From: Marsupella aquatica
Lineage: Eukaryota; Plantae; Marchantiophyta
Assembly (NCBI GenBank): GCA_973895155.1
Contig: OZ316898.1
Coordinates: forward strand, 19,541,292-19,605,291
Direction: 5' to 3'
Length of the DNA: 64,000 bases
Numbering within the stretch: the stretch's first letter is position 1; every line of letters begins with the position of its first letter. This document shows positions 48,701-59,667 of this stretch, piece by piece. The notes under the pieces are model-generated. The model made no database searches. It saw only the letters and a program-made list of their open reading frames with translations, and was not told where the DNA came from. Both the position numbers and the translations under genes were made by a program.

Positions 48701-49549
48701 ATGGCCTCTAGGAAACGTACAAAGGTTGACCACCCACCTCTGTTGGCTGGAATCAAAGCCATTTTGATTCCTGGCCACTATGGGTTCACCCAAGTGAGTT
48801 GGCCAATCGTACAAAAACGATTCTCAGAGTTCCATGGGACTGAAGTCAAGGACATCACTCCACAGACTACACATGTTGTTGCGGGGACATGGCTGGATGT
48901 GATGAACAAGTGGTCATGGTCCTTCATTGATTCTGCCATTACCAACCAAGGTCTAAAAGTAGTTGAAGTCTCTTGGCTGACCGATTCTGTTAAACATAGG
49001 TGTGTACAGAGTACTGAGCAATATGAGTTGTGGGAGAGTGAGGAGGCCACTGTAGAGGCTTTGGATGAAAAGGAAGCCTATGAAGCAGCGGCAGAGAAAC
49101 CCAACTTTGCTTCTGTCCAATATGGACCTGTTATCAACATAGGACACCATCCTATGCGTGCAGATGCTATATTGAATGAGCATGGCAAGGAGAGAAATAC
49201 CATTATGAAGGGGTTCAGTGTGGTATTTGCAGAAGAAGGAATTGGGGAGACTAAGTGCAGACTGTACAAGTCCATAGTTGTTGAGCTAGGTGGGACAGTG
49301 GAGGAGAGTCTAACATAAACCTCCACTCATGTTGTAGGTCTGTCATACATGAAAATATGCAGAAAATTCTTTAAGACAATAGTGCGTGATTTTGTCATGA
49401 ACAACAATCTTTGGGTGCTTTCCCCTGATTGGCTTCTGGAATCAGCAGCTAGAGGGAAGCGACAGCATGCTTGGGACTTTGATATTTTTGAGGCCTGGCC
49501 CTCCAAGATTCAGCGGAGATGTATGCTTAGCAAAGGTGGGAGAGAGTGA
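48701..49549 (+). pseudogene. Tandem-BRCT protein (CACTA cargo) with one in-frame TAA at 49316-49318
   Basis: BRCT1: FHGTEVKDITPQTTHVVA...VVEVSWLTDSVK. BRCT2: MKGFSVVFAEEGIG...VELGGTVEESLT*TSTHVVG...VLSPDWLLESAARG. The 49349 ORF is in frame with the 48686 ORF. Confidence 0.85.
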
Positions 49550-49725
49550 GGAGTAGGAGTCCCTCATATTTTTGTATAAATCACAATTTTGTAATAAATG
49601 TGATCCTTGAACTAACTCATCTTGTCATGGTTGGTCGCAGTTGAAGTGATTGTTGTTTCCTGCTGCGTGGGGTGTGACTGTGAATCTACTTGCTGGGCTC
49701 TGTTTGGTTGAAGACTTTGGTGGGT

Positions 49726-50259
49726 ATGCTGCCTCTTCCAGACCGTCAGGCCCTATGTAGGGTCCTCCTACGGGTTGCATCGTGCATGGCTACTGCTTGG
49801 GCTTACTTGTGTGGATTGGTAACCAGACAGAGTGTAGCTCCATCCGAGATAATGCCTGTAGACCTTGGATGTGTTGTGAATGTTGTGGTGAATGAGGATG
49901 CACAGTCGGAAGAGGACATTTACTTTTCAACAGATGAGTTAGACAAGCACGATGCTGTAGGTGGTTCCTTGTTGCCTGATTTGGCAGATGATATAGTTCT
50001 TACACATGTCTGGCCGAGGGTTCTTGTGGTGTTTGGCGCACAAGATATCTGCAAATATAGACTAATTAGTACCCAGTGGAGGGACTTGGTAGCAACATGT
50101 GCACCATGGAGGGCACTGCTGCCACTGCTTGTAGGCACGGATCGAAGACCACCATGGCATGAGCAGGGTTTAGACCTTGATGACTTAATGTACATGCCTG
50201 AGTACCTCAGGGCTGAGTGGCATCGACAACAGGATTGGTATCCGTATTTGATGTGGTAG
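49726..50259 (+). CDS. F-box-like protein with no recognisable substrate-binding domain (CACTA cargo)
   Basis: SLLPDLADDIVLTHVWPRV...CKYRLISTQWRDLV fits the plant F-box consensus LP.LPDDI...I..R......R.VS..WR.LV. The start codon is uncertain. Confidence 0.7.
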   Translation: MLPLPDRQALCRVLLRVASCMATAWAYLCGLVTRQSVAPSEIMPVDLGCVVNVVVNEDAQSEEDIYFSTDELDKHDAVGGSLLPDLADDIVLTHVWPRVLVVFGAQDICKYRLISTQWRDLVATCAPWRALLPLLVGTDRRPPWHEQGLDLDDLMYMPEYLRAEWHRQQDWYPYLMW

Positions 50260-50585
50260 TAAGATGAGGACATCTCACACCGGTCTCGCACCTGGCACCT
50301 GTGTCTATGACTATACATGATTGGACTCTGATATGGTCATGGATGTACGTGCAGAGGCAGTACATGTGAGGACAGCGGAGGAGTTGACACCCTCGAACAT
50401 TTAGGAATTTTGTCTCATTCACTTGAGAATAGGTACATGACTCAGGCACCTATATTTTTTGTTTTTTTGTTTTTTTGGAACGTTACGTATTTTGGCAAGT
50501 ACAGTCGGGGGTGAAATCCTTAACAGGAAGTGTATTTTTCACTTGCATAATAAAATGATAGGGTGCTGAGTGCGTGTGTATAGTG

Positions 50586-53500
50586 ATGGCTCCAAGGTTG
50601 CCTCTTCACAACCCATTTAGGATTAGGCATCATGATTCTAAATTGTGGATGCGTGAACAAGCCCGGGCCGCCCAAGGTAGGAGTAGGAGGATGAGATGCC
50701 CATGCACACAGTGCCAAGGATTCAAGTCGTTGAGTTTGAACGCTGTGCACCTTCACCTGCTGCGGCATGAAAGGCACCCTCGGTGGAGGGTTTGGAATGT
50801 ACCAGCAGAAGAAGACTCCTCTGATGAAGAGTGGAGAGCTGACTTTGTGGATTCTAATACAGCTAGGCGTAGAGACTACGTAGAGCAAGACATAGACTGT
50901 GCAGAGGATGGTCCTGGGGTCCAACATGAGAACGTGGATGACCAAGATGTAGAGGCAGAGGCAGTCACTGAGGACGGTGGGATGGATGTCCCAAGAATGG
51001 TTCAAGAGATTTTTGAAGACCTTGATGCTTTTTACGACACAGTGGAATCAGAAGAGGACAATGAACCGCAGCCACACATTGGCGACGGCCAAGCTGAACC
51101 TAACTTTGACATTGGGGAAGGTGCAGCAGAGAGGGAGTGGGTGTTTGGGGGCCCAAAACACATCAAAGAAGCTTGCATTCCTATCTACGAGGGGTCGAAC
51201 TGCTCCAAGCTGGGTTTTGTCGTGTTGTTGTTGAACATATGTGGCAATCACAATGTTCCCAATATATTTGTGACAGAGTTGTTGACCTTCCTGTGCCGAA
51301 ATGTGTTACCAGATGGTAATTCAATTCCAAAAAATATGTACGAGGCTAGGAAATTGATGTCTAACCTTGGGCTGAACTATGTGTCTATTGACGCATGCCC
51401 TGATGGGTGTGTTCTCTTTCGCAAAGAGCATGCAGATAAATTGACATGCCCTCATTGTGGTAAGCACAGGTACAAGAATGTAGGGAAATGTACACATCCT
51501 GCCAAGGTTCTTCGTCATTTTCCTCTCATTCCTAGACTACAACGTCTGTTTAGATGCCCTGCCATTTCCAAGCTGATGACATGGACTCCTGATAACAAGA
51601 GCAGTGATGGCCTGCAGCGTCACATTGGAGATTCCAACCATTGGAAATTTGTTGATGAGAGGTGGCCACAGTTTGCTGTAGAGAAGCGGAACTTTCGATT
51701 TGGTCTATCACTGGATGGAGTAAACCCATTTGGAGACAAAAACAACCGTTATTCATGTTGGCCGGTTACGCTGCTAAATTACAACCTTCCCCCATGGATG
51801 ACTACAAAGAGGTTTTTTGTCATGATGGTGCTGTTAATCCCTGGACCAGCTTCTGTGACCGAGCAATTCATAGATATCATGTTGGCTCCAGCAGTGGAAG
51901 AGTGGAAGACTTTGTGGATAGAAGGGGTGTTAACCCATGATGTTCTGAAGGGGCTTCTTCGACCCAGCCCCTTTAGACTGCATGCAATTTGTTTGCTGGA
52001 TATAGCAGATTACCCAGGCCATGGCATCATATCTGGACGAGTGACAAAGGGCTATGTGGGGTGCACACCATGTGGGAAAAATGTGACAAGTGAGTGGTCG
52101 CATGCCCTGCACAGTATGAAATTTCAGGGGCATAGAAGGTATCTGCCTGTTGATCATCCTTACAGGCACACACGGTCTCAAATTGCACACTTCAACAACA
52201 AAATAGAGCTTCGTGGCCCACCACAGAGGGTCACCAGAGAGCAAGTCCTGAGGTGGGCAGCCAAGAAGGCTGATTGGGACAAGAGAAGTGCCACTGATCG
52301 AGAACCTGAGGATCCAGTGGTGAAACACGGTGTGAAAAGACAGACCTTGATGGACTTGGAGTTGGAGTACTGGAGGGTAATGTACTTAGCCTCCAGCCCC
52401 TGTATGATTGCAATTTTAGATTGGAGCAATGGTGGATTGATGTTGGTTACAATCCTCCTATGTGGTTAATTAGTGTTTCTGTTGTTGAATTCTTTGCTTT
52501 GTGGAGTGCAGGAATTCGAGCCCAGCAAACACAATGTGGACGTCATGCACATTGAGAAAAATATTTGTGAGAGCTTGCTGAAGTTCTTGTCGGGTGAGAA
52601 AGATACAGGAGCAGTTCGAGCTGATATGCAACAGAAGGGGATTCGCCCTCACCTTTGGTTGAAGCCCCATGCAAGCAATCCCAATGTACTTCTCAAGTTC
52701 CAAGCTCCCTATGTGTGCACACAGGATGAATGGAAGACATTCTTGTATAGATTGAGCTGTCTGAAAGTGCCCTCTGGCTATGCTGGTGCCTTCAAGAAGC
52801 ATATTACAAAGAATAAACTTGGCAGTATGAAAACACATGACTACCATGTGTTGATGCAGCACATTTTGCCCCTATGCCTCAGAGGTCTCATGCAGAAACC
52901 AGTCCGTAATGTCATTCTCCGACTGTGCAATGTATTTCGCCGTATATGTGTGAAAGTGTGGGATCCCCAAGGATTGGAGCAGTTGAAGCAGGATGCTGCT
53001 TATGTCCTCTGTGACTTGGAGATATACTTCCCCCCTGCTTTCTTTGATGTTATGACTCATCTCCTAATCCATGTGGTAGAAGAGCTAGGGCAGTATGGGC
53101 CAGTCAGTACCAGATGGATGTACCCTATGGAGCGATACATGAAGTTGTTGAAAGGTCATGTGAGAACATACTACAGGCCAGAGGCTTCCATGGCATTGGG
53201 GTACATTAAGGATGAGACGTTGGGATTCCTAACAGAGTACATGGCTGGGTCTGGTGAAGCTATGACAAGAGTTTGGAAATCTGGTGAAGATGATGGAGTG
53301 AGTGGCGAGGTTGTTGAAGGTGTGGGACGTGCTGTTCAGCTGCCTGTTGTGATTCGAGACAAGGCTCATTCATATGTGCTGGCAAACACAGAGCCTATGC
53401 AACCATGGTGGAGGTGAGTGATTGAATTGACTTGCCTTTGTTGTGATGCTTCTTGTCTGTTCCAAGGGTGATCTTAGGTTGTCATGTGTTGTTTAGACCT

Positions 53501-54286
53501 AACTATGCCTGTACCTCATATTGCAGGGAATATGATATGCAAAAAGCTGCACACTCTGGGCAGCAGGATCCCTTCCCACAGTTCGAGCAGTGGATTCGGG
53601 TGACAATTCGAGAGCATAGTAGACATCACCCAGATATGGAGAAGGATTTGTATCTTCTATCTGTGCCACCGCGATTGTCTATTCTGACCTACAAACGGAT
53701 GAGAGCTTATGGAAATCATTATCGAGTGAGGGATGAGCAGGGTGACCATTATGTATCATATGATTGTGGTTTGATTTCTGTGTTTGAGCAGAGAACCTCT
53801 GAAGAACAGAGGGGGTGGATGAAGATGGGTTACGTGGGGGAGTTGACCGACATTTGGGTGTTGAATTATGGTAACACAAGTGTCCCAGTGATATTGATGA
53901 AGGGATCATGGGTGAAATCAGAGTGGCAGAGACCAAGGGCCACCATGAAGCGTGATCATGATGGGTTCTTGTTGGCCAATTTTAGGTCCAGAGTACCAGA
54001 ATGGTCTGAGCCTTTTGTTTTCCCTAGCCAAGTTGAACAGGCTTTCTTTGCAGATGTGGAGGAGTCACATGGCTGGAGGGTGGTATGCCATAGCCAAGCA
54101 CGGAACAGGCGGATGGATGGAAGTAAAGTAGAGTTCAGTTTGGATGACCATGCTGCATTCGAGCATCGTAGTCATGAGACTGTACTTCCAACTCGGGCAG
54201 GGACTAACTACATCCCCTTAACATTGAGAGAGACATATGATGAACCTGGGCAAATGGAATATGATGAGGTTGATGATTTGCAATAG
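50586..54286 (+). CDS. CACTA TnpD/Tnp2-type transposase; predicted exons 50586-52376, 52512-53413 and 53527-54286 (about 1150 aa), apparently intact
   Basis: RCPC..C transposase-associated domain, IDACPDGCVLF, LRHFPLIPRLQRLF, GLSLDGVNPFG, YNLPPW, DIADYPG, DVMHIEKN, MKTHDYH, FPPAFFDVMTHL..H, WMYPMERYM and EPFVFPSQVEQAFF. GT-AG junctions keep the reading frame. Confidence 0.93.
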
Positions 54287-54463
54287 GCAACAACTGGCGA
54301 TTGGCAAGTATGAGGTTGAGGATGACTACCTGCACAGAGTCATAGAACGGGAATTGCTGCCTAGAATGATGTTTAGGATAGTTGGATATGCATGAAATTG
54401 ATTGATACTTTGAATTTAGTGTGCTGATTCTCCCTATTTGGTTGTGGGTGCTGTGCAGAAGCT

Positions 54464-57400
54464 ATGGGGGAAGAGGGTGATGACATGGAGACAGACATGG
54501 GGCTTGGAGAGTGGGGTGAAGAGGAAAGATTGGATATGGATGGAGACCCAGATGCAGGGGGCTCACAGAAAAATGCACCTGTGCAAGATGCACAGGGCCC
54601 TCATCAAGTCCCAAGTAGGTGGGCAGCTAGAGAGAAATCACATAATCCATACCCTAGAAGGAGCCAGAGTTATTGGCAAGGGACGCCTGATAATTATGAT
54701 GATGACTATGATGGAGCAGAAGATGGATGGGATGAATATAAACACCCAGAGCGTGGTAGAGACGGGTACAGAGGGCAATGGAAAGGTGAGGAGGATGATT
54801 GGACAAGTAAGTGCCTTGTGCTAGTGATTTTGTGATGGTAGTAGAGATTTAGCTCAATATGCACTTATCTGATGTGTAGCTAGGGCAAAGAGTTTATCTT
54901 ACAGGTCCATGAGTGTGGCATGTACCTGTTGGTATGCAGACTCTGATTGGGACAATCACGAAAACAACAAAGGCCATCCACGTTCAGATAGGAGGCAATC
55001 ATTCACAGGCGGGAGAAACGCCCCTAATTCATCAAGACAAAGCAATAGGACAGGTGGTCCAGAACCATCTATGCGCCAAGGGAGAGGTAACTTGGTCATT
55101 GCAAAATTGCTCTGAAGTCCACTGTATATTTGGCAGCGGGATTTATGATTCATACTTACCTAATGTAAGTGACTGTAAATGGATCCTGTAAATGTGCAGG
55201 GACTCCAGGGAGGTTTGGACAATGCAATCCAGGCCGTGGGGGGAGATCAGGCCGTGGAGGGACCCCAGGCCGTGGGGGGACACCAGGCCGTGGAGGGACA
55301 CCTAGTAGCGCTTCAGGGAGTACCAAGGCAGGAGACAGTAACAAATTTGGTAAAGTAGAAGTGAATTCCGAAGGTTGGATAACTCCCACATGTGATGGTA
55401 AGAACCGTTGGCATTCTGACCTAAGAGGAGAAGTATTGCGTTGGTTAGATTTGAGCATTACAGAGTTTAGGAGTCAGAACAAAGCTGATTGGGCTGCTAT
55501 CTGCAAGGACATTCTTGAACGGTGGGACTATGTTGGTAATGATGGTAAGGGCCCAGTTGAAGATTGCATATCAGATTATGCAATGAGGATTTTGAAACAA
55601 GAGAGGCATAGGTTGAAAAGGATGTGGATAGACAATGGTTCTAACAGGAGAATGCCACCACCCCCATCATTGGAACTGGATCAATGGACACGGTTAATTA
55701 AAGGGTTCATGTCGGAGGCTGGACAGAGCAAGAGTGAACTGATGTCAAATGCTCGAGGCAAAGTGAAACACCTTTCACAGGCTGGGAGAGGAAGTTATGC
55801 TCCAGTGAAAGAACAATTGGTAAGGCAGTGACATGCCTGATAGTAAGCCTCAAACTTATCATCTTGCTACCATTATTACATTTTCATTGACAATCAACAC
55901 TTGGTTTCATTCATATGTATGTTGATGTGGACTGCAGAAGAAATTGACAGGTGAAGAACCATCAGCACAAGAAGTGAGAGAGGAGTTCATGAAACAAAGG
56001 AGTGAGGTGACAAGTGTGACTTCCAAACAGGTGATTATGTTGTAATTATGTATGTTCTATGACTATTTGGCCTTGAGCATCAGAAAGAAATGTAGTAGGA
56101 AGTAAGCAACCAGTTCTTGGGGACAGTTATCTGAGATATGTAAGCTGTGTTATGACAGGGAACTGTTACAACTCTCACAGAGATGTGTGAACGGTTGAAG
56201 TCATTAGAGTGTGGACTCCCTCGAGTGGAAAGTAAATTGGCTGATCGTTTGGATATTGTGGAGGCATCTGTAGCGAACCTTCTTGCATCAGTGGAATCTA
56301 ATTTCAAGCTTGTGATTGAAAAATTGGGTGGTTCCCAACCAAACAATGAGGGCAACATTATACAAAGTGTGCCCTTGTTAACAAAAAAGGGAATTGGCAA
56401 ATCTGACACAGGTATGGAAATGACACCAGCCCATTGTTCATTGTGTCCTATGTTCAAATGTTAGAAGTAAGTTTTCATGAATTGAGTGAATGGTTTGAAT
56501 GCAGGAAGAGTGGAGGCAGAGAAGGACCCTGTAATCAGTAAGTAGAAGGGCAAGAAGGTTGCTGAGACAGGTAACCTGCTATGATCCAGTACATTACATT
56601 TGAAAAGTGCATGGAGTTTTGTGAAGCTTAAGCCGGTTGGAGGTAATCTTTTCTGTAAGAACTGGTTGGATGAACTGGGATCTGAAGTGACATCATGATT
56701 GATGTATCAGGTGATTCAAAGAGCAATAATGAAGAAGATGTGCCCAGTGCCTCAGTGACCATAGCCAAGGAGGTATCAGGTAAGCTGATGCTTTAAATTC
56801 CTCTATATGAATGTTGAGCAACAATTCAGTGGTTAATAGATTCAACCTGAATATTGTGGTGTGTTTATTGATCAACAGAAGCAGACATGGAGCATATGGC
56901 AATGGCAAAGAAGGGGAAGAAGGCTGTTCATAATGGTAAGGAGATAGTGACAACTTTGTGGTTGGTGACATGTACATTTAGCACATGTGATGAGTGATTG
57001 ACTTATGTTGGACATGACACTGAATTGTAGTTGATGCAGAGTTGACAGACTCTCAACCAAGTGGGAGCAGGGTGAAGCGACGTCGAAACTTGGGAGCAAC
57101 ATTGGATGCAAGTAAGATTGTAGATGCTTCAATTGAAGCAAGTACAATGTTGGCAGATACTGAGATGATGTCGCAGGGAAATCCTGCTACACAATCAGAA
57201 GTGTCAAATATGGATGCAGATTCTTTGAAGAAGAGTGTAGCCAATTCTCGATCACCAGCACAAAACACTCGTGCCAAAGTCATGACTCGCAACCAAGGTA
57301 TGAATAATGTCATGTATAAGCCACCCAGGAAAGCCAAGAAAAACAGCCAGGGTAAGGTGGAGGTGATAGCCACAGCAGAGCCAGTCCATAATCTTCTATC

Positions 57401-57635
57401 ATGGGAGGATGACTCGCAGGTATGTGTGGGTACAGACATTTTGCGACCGGATCATGCAAAATTCCATGGCAAAGTGGTCCCGGATGACCATGTAGTAGTG
57501 TTGTTGACTACAGTGATTGTATCTGATTGTAATTTGCCATTTCCGAATAGAGACGATGATCCACCTCAGGAAATAATTGCAGATGCAGTAGGATCTCTTG
57601 TGCTCTGGCCATCAGAGTGTGTTAGTCTACAGTGA
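54464..57635 (+). CDS. Multi-exon CACTA TnpA/Ptta-like accessory protein (exon structure approximate)
   Basis: Acidic N-terminal exons, GRGGTP repeats, a Ptta-like segment (ILKQERHRLKR...PPP.LELDQW..LI....SEAGQ.KSE....ARG) and a last exon FHGK.VP...V.V....LPFP....I.DAVG..VLWP typical of En/Spm Tnp1-like C-termini. Numerous GT/AG-bounded exons. Confidence 0.75.
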
Positions 57636-58154
57636 CTGAATGCAAGTGTAGATAGAATCATGTGAATTGTGTCACATTTTGACATTGCCTTGGAAAGATC
57701 CAATAAATATCTGTACCAATTTTTCCATTTGGTAAAGAGGATGAAGGAGACGTTGTGTGTGACATTGATATTTCTGAATTCTGTATGTATGAAACAAGTG
57801 ATTGATGTCAAACTATGGCTCTATGGTGATTGTCTATGATACTTGAATCTATTTTATAATTTCAGTATTAGTGTGTATGGTATAGAGGAATACTTTGTGA
57901 CCTTCTTTGTAGTCTATGAAGTTTGAATCTGTGAATTCATATTAGTGTACATGGTATAGAAGATGGCTTTCTGAAACTATGTATTCTAATGTTAACATGA
58001 TGAATGGTGGACTTATAGAGTGAGTTCATTCCAAGTACACAATAAAACATGAATGCAATATGTTATTTGTGCACAAGAGTGGGTTCATTCCAAGTAGTAT
58101 AGTGGGGTCTTCATCACTCATATCCAGTTGACATGAAAGACTTATACATACCCC

Positions 58155-58295
58155 ACAAAATATATTTAAAGACTACCCTCCATAACCTTTTTAGTCGTTC
58201 CCAACGACTCATCATCGCAGCCCACAAAGTATATTTAAAGACTACCCTCCATAACCTTTTTAGTCGTTCCCAACGACTCATCATCGCAGCCCATA
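58155..58295. repeat. About 71-bp tandem duplication in the CACTA 3' subterminal region
   Basis: TATATTTAAAGACTACCCTCCATAACCTTTTTAGTCGTTCCCAACGACTCATCATCGCAGCCCA occurs twice. Confidence 0.9.
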
Positions 58296-58531
58296 AAAGA
58301 CTAAAAATGACTCACCAAAGCTACCCACACAAAGACTAAAATAGACTAAAAAATCCAGTCTATTAAACGACTTATAAACCAGTTCTATAAAGGACTCAGT
58401 TTATTATAGTAACAAAACATACGATTCGCAGTCCTATAAAGGACTGGAGTCCTTCCCAATCGTTTCCAAGTCCTATACGGTACTGAATAGTCGTTTAATG
58501 GGGTCTAAATACCCCCCTGTTTCTACTAGTG

Positions 58532-59257
58532 TTCCCAGGTTGTTAGGCCGTTTGATTTTGCGCTGTGTGAAGCTTATTTCTCAGACTTGTTGATCACTAG
58601 AGGGGGGAGCTTCATACTCCCATCCATGTTCGACATTAATGCAATGGTAATTCGGTCCTTGCATTTCTTCTGCCCATTCACGGCTTTGTCCTGCAAGGTC
58701 TTGTTTGGTTGCAGCTTGTAAAATAACCCAGTCTCATCCATGTTAAACACATCTCTGTCTTCAAAAACAGAGATGGTTGCCTTCAAGGCAAGAAATTGGT
58801 TCCAAACTCCCTCTGTGATCACGCATGAATCACCTTCGCCATGTAGGATTCGCATCGAAATGTTATGTCGTCTCTTAAACCCTGTCAACCATCCTGTTGA
58901 GAACTTGCATTCCTTCAGTGCAGGGTTACTTACTTGTAGAGCAATGTACATCTCCCGTGCTTTCTCCATTAGCAGCTCATCCTCCTGCGCAGTGAGAAAC
59001 CAGCGGTACATGGCCTCCTCCACAACCGGCACTCTGGGGTTCTTGTTCCTCTTCACCTCGTTGCTGGTGACACCCGAGAGCAAAGCAAAGCTCTTCTTCA
59101 ATACTCTGCCAACAGTTGTCTCGTGAACTTTCTCCCCAAACGTCGCCTGTACCCACTCAACCAAATCCTTGTTAGTCAGCCCATTATTCTGTTGCTTGTG
59201 CTTACAAATGTCGCGCTTCTGCTTGTGGCTCAAGGTCGTCAACTTCTTTCCCCCCAT
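58532..59257 (-). pseudogene. pogo transposase, 5' half (CENP-B-type HTH domains and the first catalytic Asp)
   Basis: LTTLSHKQKRDIC, VEEAMYRWF, FSTGWLTGFKRRHNI, VFNMDETGLFY, KDRIT...NMDGS.KLPPLVINKS. Confidence 0.93.
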
Positions 59258-59667
59258 GATGACAGTGCTTCAGAGAACAGTGTGCTGCCACACACTGTTT
59301 CCTGTGTTCGCTGTTGCTCTTTGTCAGTCCTAAACCTCGATCCCCTTCACATTCTCTCGTGTAAACCTCGTGATTGTGCTGTCAGGTCACACATAACTTG
59401 CTCGTACCCTAAACCCTCGTACAGGCCCTGCCCAAATGCTTTAGTGCACCTTAGTACTGTATCTGTTTGTTTGCAGCATTATTATGGATAAGTACTTGTA
59501 AGTACTCTATGTAATTCTGTCCAGCACTTATAAATAAAAGCATCTTGTCTACGGGAAACACTAATTGATAAATGCATGTGAACTCTTATAGACGGAATGC
59601 AGTTAAGAATCTTGTTGTTTAGTGACGCCAAGATGCTCTTATAAACGGTGCATTTTTGAGGATTTTT

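Larger units (their letters stand above)
41474..58531 (+). mobile_element. CACTA (En/Spm) transposon of about 17 kb carrying cargo genes
   Basis: The right end GGTCTAAATACCCCCTGTTTCTACTAGTG has reverse complement CACTAGTAGAAACAGGGGGTATTTAGACC. The left end TAGAAACCGGGGCAATTTAGACC lacks the terminal CACTAG. A 3-bp TSD (TTC) is inferred from the pogo junction. Subterminal TATAGGACT/AGTCCTATA motifs; TnpD- and TnpA-like genes inside. Confidence 0.92.
39266..59660 (-). mobile_element. pogo/Tigger-type DNA transposon (about 3.3 kb when reconstructed), split by the CACTA insertion
   Basis: Left end TA|CAGTCGACCGTGTCTAAGTGCA; degenerate inverse TGCTCTTATAAACGGTGCATTT near 59635-59656, with related subterminal motifs on both sides. 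The transposase halves join in frame across the CACTA. Confidence 0.8.
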
